64,000 nt of DNA from Thermoproteota archaeon (lineage in GTDB: Archaea > Thermoproteota > Thermoprotei > Thermofilales > B9-G17), in assembly GCA_029258885.1 (NCBI GenBank), contig JAPDJW010000002.1, forward strand, positions 480,001 through 544,000, read 5' to 3'. This document shows positions 9,793-20,148 of the stretch, piece by piece (the stretch's first letter is position 1; each line of letters starts with the position of its first letter). The position numbers and the translations under genes were made by a program. Below the pieces are notes generated by a model. It saw only the letters and a program-made list of their open reading frames with translations. It was not told the origin of the DNA and did not search any database.

Positions 9793-10257
9793 ATGAGAGT
9801 TCTAGTTAGAAGGAGGCTCACGATAGATGAAATAATGCAGAAAATCAGAGCCTATAGAGAGAAATACGGTAGCATTGACGCTGTGAGAAGCAGAGCCTAT
9901 AGCGAGGGCATTAAGTCTAAGATATGGGACATATATGCTGAATGGTATGCCCTCCAGAGTGCATACCAGAGCTACGAGGAGGATGGAGAATTCTTCTACG
10001 TGGTCGAGGAGGAGATATCTCCCGATATCGCCAGAAGAATATTATCCCCTAAGATGGTGGAATTAGTAAGGCAAATAGCTATTGGAGTTGATTCGATAAG
10101 CGACTTAGCACGAAAACTCGGTAGATCCGTATCTAACGTCTATAAGGATCTGAAGTTTCTAGCTGATATAGGAATAGTGGAGCTTTATCCTATTGGTAGG
10201 AGGAAAAAGCCCTATCTCCTAGTAGAAGAAATAGTTGTTGAATTTCTCTCCCCTTAG
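9793..10257 (+). CDS. Winged-HTH transcriptional regulator (C-terminal HTH)
   Basis: LSPKMVELV...SISDLARKLGRSVSNVYKDLKFLADIGIV. Confidence 0.8.
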   Translation: MRVLVRRRLTIDEIMQKIRAYREKYGSIDAVRSRAYSEGIKSKIWDIYAEWYALQSAYQSYEEDGEFFYVVEEEISPDIARRILSPKMVELVRQIAIGVDSISDLARKLGRSVSNVYKDLKFLADIGIVELYPIGRRKKPYLLVEEIVVEFLSP

Positions 10258-10803
10258 TTATGGCCTATATACTCCGTGACATGTAGTGTACATGTCTCCG
10301 CCTAAATGTAGCGGTAGCTTGCATTTATCTAACATATAGATTTTATCGAATATATTGCCTCTGGTATAGGCAGCAACTATTTTGCCTATGAATAATGTGT
10401 GGTCGCCAGCTTTAACGCTGTTTACAACTTTACATTCAATAAATGCTATACAGCTACTAATAATGGGTGCATTAATAACTTTAGCTTCCACAGTAGGTAA
10501 ATTGAATTTCTTGAACTTATTTACCTGTGCTCCCGAGCAGGTTCCGCATAAGTCAACTATTTTCAGCATCTCTAAGCTCGGTATATTTATGGCGAACTCT
10601 CCGCTTTCAACGATTAGTCTGTGGGTAAATCTCTTCGGGGCAATGCTGACGCAAACCAACGGTGGTCTGTGAGATACGGGCATACACCATGCAGCTGTCA
10701 TAACGTTTGCTTTGCCATCTCGCCCCCTTACAGTTATTAGGACTGCGAGCTGTGGATGGAGTAGCCTATGAGCACTGCTTAACGGTATGCTTACAAACTC
10801 CAT
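10258..10803 (-). CDS. Flavin reductase family protein (DIM6/NTAB)
   Basis: NVMTAAW.MPVS.RPP, SGEFAINIP, IECKV...AGDHTLFIG. Confidence 0.9.
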   Translation of the reverse strand: MEFVSIPLSSAHRLLHPQLAVLITVRGRDGKANVMTAAWCMPVSHRPPLVCVSIAPKRFTHRLIVESGEFAINIPSLEMLKIVDLCGTCSGAQVNKFKKFNLPTVEAKVINAPIISSCIAFIECKVVNSVKAGDHTLFIGKIVAAYTRGNIFDKIYMLDKCKLPLHLGGDMYTTCHGVYRP

Positions 10804-10947
10804 ATTCCCACAGGTTAGTAATAGTTCGACATTCTATTATCTCTAGCGTTTGGAACTCTATCACATCGGCGTATGATATACGCTCTCACGTATCTTGGAG
10901 GAAAGCTGAGATATAGACATATAAGGGTATAGTGTTAATATAACATC

Positions 10948-11322
10948 ATGGCCTATGATCATTCAGTGCTCCTGTCATCTTTTCTCGAGGAGTTAGATAA
11001 GATATTAGCTAAGTTTGAAAATTTTATTGTTGAACCTAATATTGATGTCTTATCGTCTATTGCAAATGACCTTATAAGGCTTGGGAATGATTACTATATA
11101 GCTCTTAGATTAATGGAGCATGGCGTACTTTCGGTTTCTATGCTTGAGGCTGGACTATATATGAAAAATAGAGTCTCCACAATTATCAGTAGGGGCTTTA
11201 GGGACGATGATATAGAGTATGTTAAGGAGATATATAGAGTATTTAGTAATATAGCTGAGAAGATAAGGAGCGGAGAATATGTCAAGGAGTTAAATAAAAT
11301 GAAGCTAAAGAGAAGATCTTAG
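10948..11322 (+). CDS. Hypothetical helical protein
   Basis: 124-aa ORF with ATG and typical codon usage. Confidence 0.6.
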   Translation: MAYDHSVLLSSFLEELDKILAKFENFIVEPNIDVLSSIANDLIRLGNDYYIALRLMEHGVLSVSMLEAGLYMKNRVSTIISRGFRDDDIEYVKEIYRVFSNIAEKIRSGEYVKELNKMKLKRRS

Positions 11323-13038
11323 CTTTTTTCTCACCATGATTATAGCTATTACTGTTACTGCAATGACTGCTGCTAGGTATGGGAGAACCTCAGATACGTA
11401 TTCCCGCTCTTTAGCTCTTATCGTTATTATGTTCGAGGTGCTTGGAAGGTAGTCTTCAGAGCCCCAGTACTTAGCGTATATCTTCCATTCACCCTTTTCA
11501 TCGAGTTTAATCTTAAATGTGAATCGTCCATTATTATCCGTCTGTACTACGTATTCATAGGATTTACCGCTTGGGGATGTAACGTTTAGCCTCAAAGCTT
11601 CGTTTATAAGCTTAGGTTTTGTTTCCCCTTTAATTTCAATTTCACTGTTTAGGTAGGCTTCCTCAGCGGAGGTAATAGTTATGTTCACGTGAACCCTACG
11701 CTTCACAACTTCAAGCTTAACTGGACTAGATACGCACCCCTCGTACTCCTCATTCCCGTACCATACAACTCTAAAATATATGGTAACTGGATATAGGTAG
11801 GTTATGGCTTGCTTAAAGTGTCCATTTTTACCAGTAACAATAGTACCGAACGAGCGCCAATTAGTTCCATCGAAGCTTGTCTCTATTATTAGAGTCTGAT
11901 TCCTAAGCGGAGGGTTAAGATATCCCTCTATATGTGTTATTTCATTGACTTCAATCCTTGACTTCTCGATGCTAATGCTTATGCTACTCTTCTTCCTATA
12001 TAAAGTATTAACTTGAACGACCTTGTTACCGTGGGAGAACACGAGTATTGAGCCATCGTATCTTAGATCTAGGCTAGTGACTTCTTCTGTGAGGTTGAAC
12101 TCCATAACAGGATCGGCGGAGAAATTCCTGAATATATATACCTTAGTGGGCAGGGATACTGCAATAACCTTAAAGTTATATGAGAAATCGCAACTTGATA
12201 TGTTTCCATCGAAACTCATACTCCATACTATGGTTTTATCTACAACCTTATATACATCTATCCTGTCATCATATACGACGGCTACGTACTTTCCATCATC
12301 AGATAGTAGAGTCTTCCTAGGGGATGTAGATAGGTTAATTCTAGCAATTATATCCATATTTGAATAGTTGAGCACAACTATGTTCTCATTGCCAGTTAAT
12401 AACATTATTCTGCCGCCTGAACTCGACACGCATGCATATCTAACTCCCTCGGGAACCTCCATCGTCCAGAGGGCTTTCTTCCTATATCTATTAATAAACA
12501 CTACATTGTTTACAGTACATACTGCAATGTACTCATAATATCTTCTCGTGGCAGCTATATGAACAATATCTTCGCGAGTTTTCAGGAATGTAACTACTGT
12601 TCTACATCCGGGGCAGAGCTGGTATACAGTCCTATTAGTGGCTATAAATAATTCATTTCCAGCCGTAAGAAACGCTGTCGCCACAATTTTCTCCTTAAGT
12701 GTCCTAGAGAATACCGGCATAAACAAGTAGAAGCTAAATAAGTATACCGTGTTATTAGGCGTTATAGCTACTGTGTCGTATACGAGAGGTACGATATCGC
12801 TTACCGTATCATTTAGCTTATATGTTGCCATAACTTCTCCATCGCTACAGTTAATGAGAGACATTACTCCGTTACCATAAGCAACTATATAGGGGTATAT
12901 GTCGGCTATTCTAACTATCTCAACAGGATAGTCGAGTTCGTAAACCTTGTAATACTTAGGCTGACAGTTACACGTAAAAATATGGGGAGTTGAGAATACA
13001 ATAATGAGAGTTATTAGGTAGCTTATTCTTCTTGCCAT
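11305..13038 (-). CDS. Secreted, C-terminally membrane-anchored protein with beta-propeller and two Ig-like domains
   Basis: N-terminal signal peptide, WD40/YVTN-like repeats (LSDDGKYVAV, LRYDGSILVF), two Ig-like modules, C-terminal TM helix followed by RKK. Confidence 0.75.
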   Translation of the reverse strand: MARRISYLITLIIVFSTPHIFTCNCQPKYYKVYELDYPVEIVRIADIYPYIVAYGNGVMSLINCSDGEVMATYKLNDTVSDIVPLVYDTVAITPNNTVYLFSFYLFMPVFSRTLKEKIVATAFLTAGNELFIATNRTVYQLCPGCRTVVTFLKTREDIVHIAATRRYYEYIAVCTVNNVVFINRYRKKALWTMEVPEGVRYACVSSSGGRIMLLTGNENIVVLNYSNMDIIARINLSTSPRKTLLSDDGKYVAVVYDDRIDVYKVVDKTIVWSMSFDGNISSCDFSYNFKVIAVSLPTKVYIFRNFSADPVMEFNLTEEVTSLDLRYDGSILVFSHGNKVVQVNTLYRKKSSISISIEKSRIEVNEITHIEGYLNPPLRNQTLIIETSFDGTNWRSFGTIVTGKNGHFKQAITYLYPVTIYFRVVWYGNEEYEGCVSSPVKLEVVKRRVHVNITITSAEEAYLNSEIEIKGETKPKLINEALRLNVTSPSGKSYEYVVQTDNNGRFTFKIKLDEKGEWKIYAKYWGSEDYLPSTSNIITIRAKEREYVSEVLPYLAAVIAVTVIAIIMVRKKLRSSL

Positions 13039-13102
13039 ATAACGTCACCTAGCAGTGGAGACTTCAGTAATTAAAAACATCCTAATATATAAAAAATAAG
13101 GC

Positions 13103-14971
13103 TTACTTTAATTCAACTATCTTAGACAACTCTTCGGCAACATCCTCTAAACCAGTCTCTCTAAACGCTTCTCTAGTAGGTATGCCGTTCTCATCCCACT
13201 TCCTAAGCTCATAGTAATACGAGAGAAGCTTATCGTATATCTCTCTCTTTATAGTCCATCCAGCAAACGGACCCTTTGTAAGCGGCTTTTCAAACCACTT
13301 AGCTGGTGGATAATCATATTCCCTCTTCCATCCACCGTACTCCCTAATCCAGAACGCTCTCATTAAATTATAGACTCTATCGGCTATAAGGTATAGTTGT
13401 TCAAGTGTAAAGTCGACTCCAGTAGCGGCCTTAAGCATCCTAGGATAAACCTCCATCTCTAATCCAAGCTCGATCCATGGAAGCCTACATACGGTTAATG
13501 TCTCGAATATTCCGCCTCTAATCCTCTGCATCAGTATCAGTTTCTCAACTTTCTCCCTGCTGACCACCTCCCTACCCATCTTAATCTCCCATGAGATAAA
13601 CCACGCATCCTTATGGTGGGCACCTATCGGCGAGACACCGTAAGCTAAGGCCATGCCGGGAGCGGCGTGACAGTCGTACGCTGAGATTTCAAGTCCCTTA
13701 ACGTGCATAGCGAACTTGTATGCCTCTCCACCAAGCTTCTCAGCTGCAGTCTTTACTCCCTCTGCAAGCAGGTCGCCGATGGACCTCCTCTCAACAATCA
13801 TCTCAGCCAGCTTAAGTATCGATTCGACATTGCCGAAGTCGAGCTTTAACCCCTCAGTATCCTTCTCCGTTATCAACCCCTTCTTAAATGCCTCAATCGC
13901 AAACGCTATAGCGCTGCCCATAGATATCGTATCTATACCCCATTGATCAGCCAGGTAGTTGAGCCTAATAACTACATCCATATCACCTATACCTATGTTA
14001 GAACCAAACATAGCAACATTCTCGTAGTCAAGCTCGCTCCATAGGTTCTTGAACTTCTCCCTAGCCCTACTTAAGTTGCCGCAGGGCATTGGACACGATA
14101 GACACCCCTTCCTCAAAACCTTATACATTTTAGCCATAGCTTCCCCGCTGATGTTCCAATATTCACCGAACACTCCCTCATCGAAGTTGAATGTCGGTAA
14201 AACCGAGTTCTCCTGAGACCATTGTATAGTAAACATAGTGCCCTGACTAACCCAGAGTTCATAGCCTTTCCTACTCTTCAAGAACTCTATGCTCTCCTTC
14301 ATCAGCTTGACGAGCTCATCCATATCAGCTACCGGAATATCCATCCATCCCTCGGCGACAATCGCCTTAAGGTTTTTCGATCCAAAGACAGCGCCTATAC
14401 CCGGTCTTCCTCCAGCCCTCCCGAACTCTGTTATAACGACGGCATATTTAACCAGCCTCTCGCCACCAGGGCCTATGATAAGTGTTCCTATGTTTTCGCC
14501 GTGTTCACGTCTAAGCTCAATATCCGTGGTTATAGCTCCCTTACCCCAGAGATGCTCTGCATCCCTTATTTCAGCGCCGTTTGGAGTTATGTAAATGTAT
14601 TTCGGCTTATCCGCCTTACCCTCAATAACTATTGCGTCAAAACCAGACATTTTAAGCATGGCCGATAGATGGGTACCTATGTTTCCATCGCCGTAGCCGT
14701 CGGTGAGCGGGGATTTCGAAGCTAAAACTACTTTCCCACTGCTAGGCACAAGAAGGCCAGTTAAGGGTCCCGTGGCAACAATCAGTTTGTTTTCAGGCGA
14801 TAACGGATCCACTCCCCTTGGAAGCTCATCCCATAGGATTCTGACGGCAAATCCTCTGCCCCCGATGTACTTCAACATAAAGTCCTTATCGAGTTTTTGG
14901 ACAGCTATGCTTCCGTCGGATAAGTTAATCCTCAGAATCTTCCCCAGCCAGCCACCCTTAATCTCGACCAT
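13103..14971 (-). CDS. aor: Tungsten-dependent aldehyde:ferredoxin oxidoreductase family
   Basis: GGRGF, GPLTG, KSPLT, GRPGIGAVFGSKNLKA, C..C.MPC, DYEN, G.DTIS, HVKGLE. The start MVEIKGG is preceded by a GGTGGTGA RBS. Confidence 0.95.
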   Translation of the reverse strand: MVEIKGGWLGKILRINLSDGSIAVQKLDKDFMLKYIGGRGFAVRILWDELPRGVDPLSPENKLIVATGPLTGLLVPSSGKVVLASKSPLTDGYGDGNIGTHLSAMLKMSGFDAIVIEGKADKPKYIYITPNGAEIRDAEHLWGKGAITTDIELRREHGENIGTLIIGPGGERLVKYAVVITEFGRAGGRPGIGAVFGSKNLKAIVAEGWMDIPVADMDELVKLMKESIEFLKSRKGYELWVSQGTMFTIQWSQENSVLPTFNFDEGVFGEYWNISGEAMAKMYKVLRKGCLSCPMPCGNLSRAREKFKNLWSELDYENVAMFGSNIGIGDMDVVIRLNYLADQWGIDTISMGSAIAFAIEAFKKGLITEKDTEGLKLDFGNVESILKLAEMIVERRSIGDLLAEGVKTAAEKLGGEAYKFAMHVKGLEISAYDCHAAPGMALAYGVSPIGAHHKDAWFISWEIKMGREVVSREKVEKLILMQRIRGGIFETLTVCRLPWIELGLEMEVYPRMLKAATGVDFTLEQLYLIADRVYNLMRAFWIREYGGWKREYDYPPAKWFEKPLTKGPFAGWTIKREIYDKLLSYYYELRKWDENGIPTREAFRETGLEDVAEELSKIVELK

Positions 14972-14982
14972 GCTCTCACCAC

Positions 14983-15390
14983 CTACTCCTGAAGTGATAG
15001 AGCATTCATAGGACACCACTTAACACACTCCGGATCTCCTCCGCAGAGGTCACAGATCAATGGAAAATCGAGCTCAGGATGCCTAAATATAGCGTTATAG
15101 GGGCATGCATTAACGCAGGACCAGCAGGCGATGCATCTATCTCTATCAAGCTTCACAATGCCGTCCTCCACGTGTAGTGCTCCTGTGGGACAAACCTTAA
15201 CGCATTGAGGATACTCACAGTGCCTGCAGACGTAAGCCTTATGGAACACTGGCCCCTCCTCTTTGAATACGGTGTTAATTACGATTTTAGACTTAGATAG
15301 ATTCTGTACTCCGAAAGCCTTATAGGCGCAGACCTGCTGGCATATCTTACATCCAGAACAGCTAGCTGGATTAAATACTATCCTAGGCAT
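14983..15390 (-). CDS. 4Fe-4S dicluster ferredoxin-like subunit associated with AOR
   Basis: CSGCKICQQVC, CRHCEYPQCVKVCP, CIACWSCVNACP, CDLC...CVKWCP. Confidence 0.92.
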   Translation of the reverse strand: MPRIVFNPASCSGCKICQQVCAYKAFGVQNLSKSKIVINTVFKEEGPVFHKAYVCRHCEYPQCVKVCPTGALHVEDGIVKLDRDRCIACWSCVNACPYNAIFRHPELDFPLICDLCGGDPECVKWCPMNALSLQE

Positions 15391-15788
15391 ATAACCCCCT
15401 AGAACACTATTCACATCTAATTTTCTTGATAATAAGTATTTAAGGATTTAGAATTGAAAGACGAAGGTTACTCCCCCCATTCTCTCTTAAGCTCCTCTAT
15501 TAAGTGTTTACTACGTTATCCGAAGCTAATCAAGCTCTTTTTCGGATGCCTAATACTCCTATCTAGCTGCTTAATATCATCCATAAGCATCCCCTATTAG
15601 GAGCTAATAGATTAACTTGAAAGTAATAAGTAAATTACTCATAAGTGAATTAAAGTGAAGACTATGACGTTTTCATTAAAGTATAGTTTTTAAGACGTAA
15701 ATCCGAGGCTATTATCTTAACAATACTTCTCCCTACCTAATAGAAACACTTATAACTTGATAAACCTACTGTGGAAGCGGTGTACGTA

Positions 15789-16082
15789 TTGAAAATTAAA
15801 GACCTTAGGCCAGGCATGAGAAGAGTTAACGTTACTGGTAAGATTGTTGAAATCGGCGAAGCTGTCGAAGTTATGACTAGAAATGGCCCAGCTATAGTTG
15901 CTAGCGCTATTCTAGAGGATGATACCAGCAGGATAAAGCTTTCTCTTTGGAACGAGCAAATAAGTCAGGTTAAAGTTGGAGACACCGTTAAGATAGAAAA
16001 CGGATACGTATCTACTTTTAGAGGACAAAAACAGCTTAACGTAGGTTTCTACGGTAAAATCACAGTTATAAAAGAGGAATAA
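15789..16082 (+). CDS. ssb: Single-stranded DNA-binding protein, crenarchaeal single OB-fold type (start 15771 or 15789)
   Basis: KIKDLRPGM..VNVTGKI...DDTSRIKLSLW...GDTVKIENGYVSTFRGQKQLNVG closely resembles Sulfolobus-type SSB. Confidence 0.85.
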   Translation: MKIKDLRPGMRRVNVTGKIVEIGEAVEVMTRNGPAIVASAILEDDTSRIKLSLWNEQISQVKVGDTVKIENGYVSTFRGQKQLNVGFYGKITVIKEE

Positions 16083-16115
16083 TCTTAAACTCTTCAGGGG
16101 TAAAGGCATTTAAAG

Positions 16116-17111
16116 CTACAGTTCGTCAAGTTTTATAGGTTTTCCTAGTTTAGCCGCCTTCTTCACTGCTAGAGTAAGCTTCAATGTATTATATCCTTCT
16201 CTTATAGGAACCTTAGTGTCTCTATCGTTAAGAATAGCATTAATGAAGTCTCTGCTTTCCTCAGCATAAAAGTCCAAGTTTTTCTCAATAATCTTCTCCT
16301 CATCCTTCTCTCTAAACCATACCATTATTTTATGGGGGTTAGGCAGCTCCATTACCGCTTTCTCACATATAATACGCCACAGCCAGTTGAAACCCCTATA
16401 GCATGCAGACGAGAACATGCTTACGATAGCTCCCTTCCTCATCTTCAGTACAGCGACATGGCCGTCCTCAACTCTCCAATAGGGATCTACTTTCTCCATG
16501 AACCTAGAGGTATATGAAAATACCTCATCGGCCTCGCCCAGAAGATATCTAACGGTATCGTATACATGCGTCACTTGCTCAACTATATGTCCTCCTCCTT
16601 TGGATTCATCCTTCCACCAATGCTTTTTACCTATAAGAAACAACATATTGCCGAGATATGCACACTGGAAGTGCAGGACCTTACCTACATCACCGCTTTC
16701 AATAAGTCTTTTCGCCTCCGAGATACCTGCCGTAAATCTAAATACGTATCCTACCTGTGATTTAACACCATTCTTCTCAACGGATTTAACCATCTCCTCT
16801 GCAAGCCTTAAATCGAGAGCTATAGGCTTCTCTATGAAGACGTGAATTCCATTTTCGGCGGCTATCATAACCTCATCCTTATGCGCGAAGGGCGGAATAC
16901 AAATATACACAGCATCAAGCTTCTCCTTACTGAACATCTCATGGTAATCTGTATACACATTTCCACCGTATTTTGAAGCAAGATTCTGCGCCTTCTCCCT
17001 CACTACATCCGTGAAGGCTACTATCTCAATTTCCTCAAACTTTGAAAGTCTCTCAGCATGTACGCCAGCTATAAACCCTGCTCCAATGAACCCCACCCTC
17101 AGCTTAGCCAT
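16116..17111 (-). CDS. Gfo/Idh/MocA family oxidoreductase
   Basis: GFIGAGFIA, HVFIEKP, GGGHIVEQVTH.YD. Confidence 0.92.
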   Translation of the reverse strand: MAKLRVGFIGAGFIAGVHAERLSKFEEIEIVAFTDVVREKAQNLASKYGGNVYTDYHEMFSKEKLDAVYICIPPFAHKDEVMIAAENGIHVFIEKPIALDLRLAEEMVKSVEKNGVKSQVGYVFRFTAGISEAKRLIESGDVGKVLHFQCAYLGNMLFLIGKKHWWKDESKGGGHIVEQVTHVYDTVRYLLGEADEVFSYTSRFMEKVDPYWRVEDGHVAVLKMRKGAIVSMFSSACYRGFNWLWRIICEKAVMELPNPHKIMVWFREKDEEKIIEKNLDFYAEESRDFINAILNDRDTKVPIREGYNTLKLTLAVKKAAKLGKPIKLDEL

Positions 17112-17120
17112 CGAAACACC

Positions 17121-18137
17121 CTAAAGCACCTCTTCTGTCAATGGAAGCTTGACAGGCATACCTTCCCTAATAGATTTAATCGAGGCTAGAGCAACCTCCA
17201 GAGACTTAAGTGCCTCCTCCCCTGTAACCAGCGGCTCCTTATCGTTTACAACGCAGTCAATGAAGTGCTTAAGCTCTAAGTAGTATCCGTTCTCAGGCAC
17301 GGGCGTCGAATACGATACCTGTCCACCACCCTTAAACACCTTTAAACCAGCTGTCGAGAGGTTATCTACAGTGAGAAGCCCGTTAGTTCCAGCAACCTCC
17401 AAATACATGTGTAGCGGATATCCCTTAGGCATAATCCAGCTACCTTCAACGTACGCTATAGCTCCACTCTTAAACTTAAGTAGCATGTGGACGTAATCGT
17501 ATGCCGTCGCATCCTTAAACACGTATACTCCTCCCTGAGCATATACGGTATCCACCTCTCCCATGACCCACCTAAGATAGTCTATGTCGTGTATGCTTAG
17601 ATCAACTGCAACGCCACCAGATTTTAATATATCCTTATGCCACATCTTATAGGACCACGTAGGATATTCAAGCTGCCTATATGCCCTAGCAATCCTAGGT
17701 TCGCCTATAGCCCCTGACTCGATTAACTCCTTAGCTTTAACGTATTCAGGCCAGAACCTCAGGACGTGGGCAACCATAAATTTTAGTCCTTTCCTTTTAG
17801 CGGTATTAATCATCTCTCTAGCGTCACTCAGTTTAAGGGCTATAGGCTTCTCAACTATAACATGCTTACCGTATTCAAACGCCCTTAACACACATTCTTT
17901 ATGTTCATAGGTGGGTCTAGTTATATCAACTACCTCGACTCCCTCTGCCTTAAGTGCCTCATCCAAATCAGTAAATGCCTTTTTCGCATTAAACTTCCTA
18001 GCCAGCTCCTCAGCTCTACTCCTAGACCTGCTTACAATGCCCACTATTTCAACGTTAGGCATTCTGGCCAGCGCTGGAAGATGCTCGTTAACAGAAATCA
18101 TGCCAGTACCCACAACCAGAACTCCAATCTTCCTCAA
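17121..18137 (-). CDS. Gfo/Idh/MocA family oxidoreductase
   Basis: VGTGMIS, HVIVEKP, SGGVAVDLSIHDID. Confidence 0.92.
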   Translation of the reverse strand: MRKIGVLVVGTGMISVNEHLPALARMPNVEIVGIVSRSRSRAEELARKFNAKKAFTDLDEALKAEGVEVVDITRPTYEHKECVLRAFEYGKHVIVEKPIALKLSDAREMINTAKRKGLKFMVAHVLRFWPEYVKAKELIESGAIGEPRIARAYRQLEYPTWSYKMWHKDILKSGGVAVDLSIHDIDYLRWVMGEVDTVYAQGGVYVFKDATAYDYVHMLLKFKSGAIAYVEGSWIMPKGYPLHMYLEVAGTNGLLTVDNLSTAGLKVFKGGGQVSYSTPVPENGYYLELKHFIDCVVNDKEPLVTGEEALKSLEVALASIKSIREGMPVKLPLTEEVL

Positions 18138-18238
18138 TAAATCACCTACATATTACTATGACAAACACTAAATTAGCTTTTAAAGATTAAAACTATTTCT
18201 CCTTCTAAACATTCAAATACTCGCTCCAATAAATATAC

Positions 18239-18880
18239 TTGATAAAATTGCCGGATATCAATACCATAGTATTCCTACACATAAAGGAATCAGAAGGTGG
18301 AGACAGCCTAGTTAATACTATTGTATATATTAACTCTCACTACAAGCTAGATAATCTACGTTTAAAGCTACGTTTTACATGGAAGCCAAATATTTCAAGC
18401 ATACAGCCTAACCCTATTCATATCAATGACTTCTACGTGTTTAAGCTAAAAACATATAAAAGAAACTTCAACAGAACGACCGTATACTCATCAAGCGTGA
18501 TATTCAACCATGAAGCGGACAGCCTACCCTTTAACATATTCTCGAAGACTCTGTTCACGGGCTACCTCGACCCGAATTTGGTGCTCAACCTACAGTACGC
18601 TATATCATCGAGGTGCATGAAGAACTTCAGCTTTATAATAGGTCCATACGTGGATGCTAATGGAAGAATAATAGTATTCGATATTCCATCTAATAGGGGA
18701 AAACTAGAGGGGACGGTACTACTTCCATACCCAAAAACGTATATCCCCCTCAAAGTAGATGGCATATTAAGGGATGAATACATCCCACTAAAAGTGATGC
18801 CGGAGGATACAGCGAGAAGTACCGTGGAGGCTAGAGTAATGTACTACTTTAAGGACTTTTATGTGCAGCATCCAAGTTAA
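18239..18880 (+). CDS. Hypothetical protein
   Basis: 213-aa ORF, beta-rich; no motif recognised. Confidence 0.55.
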   Translation: MIKLPDINTIVFLHIKESEGGDSLVNTIVYINSHYKLDNLRLKLRFTWKPNISSIQPNPIHINDFYVFKLKTYKRNFNRTTVYSSSVIFNHEADSLPFNIFSKTLFTGYLDPNLVLNLQYAISSRCMKNFSFIIGPYVDANGRIIVFDIPSNRGKLEGTVLLPYPKTYIPLKVDGILRDEYIPLKVMPEDTARSTVEARVMYYFKDFYVQHPS

Positions 18881-18910
18881 AGATATATGCTATAGACCTA
18901 TCTTATAGGC

Positions 18911-19573
18911 ATGTTCAACTATTCAGAGAAGCTGAATACCCTCATGGAGACCGTCAAAAGAATATACGAGGAGAACTGGGGAAAGTATCCTCCATCCCAC
19001 GATTTCCTTCACGTTAAACGTGTACTGGTTATTGCTGAGAAAATAGCTAGAGAGGAGGGATTTACTGAAGAGGATATTCTGATACTAAAGACCGCCGTTA
19101 TTCTACACGATATAGCTATAGCCGTTACGGGGAGCAAGAATAATCACGCTGAAAAGTCCTCGAAGATAGCGGAGGACATGCTAAGGAAGTTGGGCTACCC
19201 AAGCAAAGCGGTGGAGGTTATATGCACGGCGATAGCTGAACATAGTTGGAGGGTTAATAGGAAGCCGTCGTCGAGGATATCGGCTATACTTCAGGATGCC
19301 GATCGAATAGATGCATTAGGAGCAATAGGTTTAGCTAGATTATTCTCGTATTCAACGATATTAGGTAGATTATTCTATAATGAGGAGGAGCCAATTCCTA
19401 GATCCAGGCAGTTAAATGAGGATAGGTATGCGTTAGACCATGTATTCACAAAGCTAGCCAAGATACCCGATCGTATGAATACCGCCAGCGGAAGGAGGAT
19501 AGCTGAGAATAGGCTTAAGCTATTATTAAAAATACTGGGATATATGGAGAGGGAAATTGAGGGTAAGATGTAG
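18911..19573 (+). CDS. HD-domain phosphohydrolase (COG1418-like)
   Basis: SHDFLHVKRV, ILHDIA, EHSW, LQDADRIDALGAIG. Confidence 0.9.
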   Translation: MFNYSEKLNTLMETVKRIYEENWGKYPPSHDFLHVKRVLVIAEKIAREEGFTEEDILILKTAVILHDIAIAVTGSKNNHAEKSSKIAEDMLRKLGYPSKAVEVICTAIAEHSWRVNRKPSSRISAILQDADRIDALGAIGLARLFSYSTILGRLFYNEEEPIPRSRQLNEDRYALDHVFTKLAKIPDRMNTASGRRIAENRLKLLLKILGYMEREIEGKM

Positions 19574-19611
19574 GTATAATGGATTTATAGCTGTATTACG
19601 TTATTGTATCT

Positions 19612-20121
19612 ATGGATGTATTTGAGGCAATAAGAAGGAGGAGAAGCATAAGAAAATACCACAGGAAGAACCTTGATTGGAATACTATAATCAGGCTACT
19701 TGAAGCCGCAAGGCTTGCACCATCGGCTAAAAATCTTCAGCCTTGGAAGTTTATAGTTGTATCCGATCAGGAGCTGAAGGACAAGCTCGTCAAGGCATGC
19801 TACAACCAGAAGTTCATTGCGGATGCATCGATAGTAATAGTCGGAATCGGCGACGCCGAATTATCGCCCAGGAGATATCAGACTGACGTAACGATAGCCC
19901 TCGAACATATAGTCCTTGAAGCAACCGAATTGGGGCTAGGAACCTGCTGGATAGGTGCTTTCAAGGAGGATGAGGTTAAGGAGCTACTTAAAATACCTAA
20001 TAAGTATAGAGTTGTAGCGCTATTAACTGTAGGTTATCCGGCCGAAAGTCCTCCGCCTAGACCTAGGAAGAAGCTTAAGGAAATAGTATATCACAACGTT
20101 TACGGGGTAGAGCTACGGTAG
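19612..20121 (+). CDS. Nitroreductase family protein
   Basis: RRSIRKY, APSAKNLQPWKF, GLGTCWIG. Confidence 0.93.
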   Translation: MDVFEAIRRRRSIRKYHRKNLDWNTIIRLLEAARLAPSAKNLQPWKFIVVSDQELKDKLVKACYNQKFIADASIVIVGIGDAELSPRRYQTDVTIALEHIVLEATELGLGTCWIGAFKEDEVKELLKIPNKYRVVALLTVGYPAESPPPRPRKKLKEIVYHNVYGVELR

Positions 20122-20148
20122 ACTACTATATCAACTGGGGTCTAACGA

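Noticed and set aside
15460-15600. Short minus-strand reading ending ...LIEELKREWGE* that resembles an antitoxin tail
   Set aside because: It has an internal stop and too little sequence to support a call.
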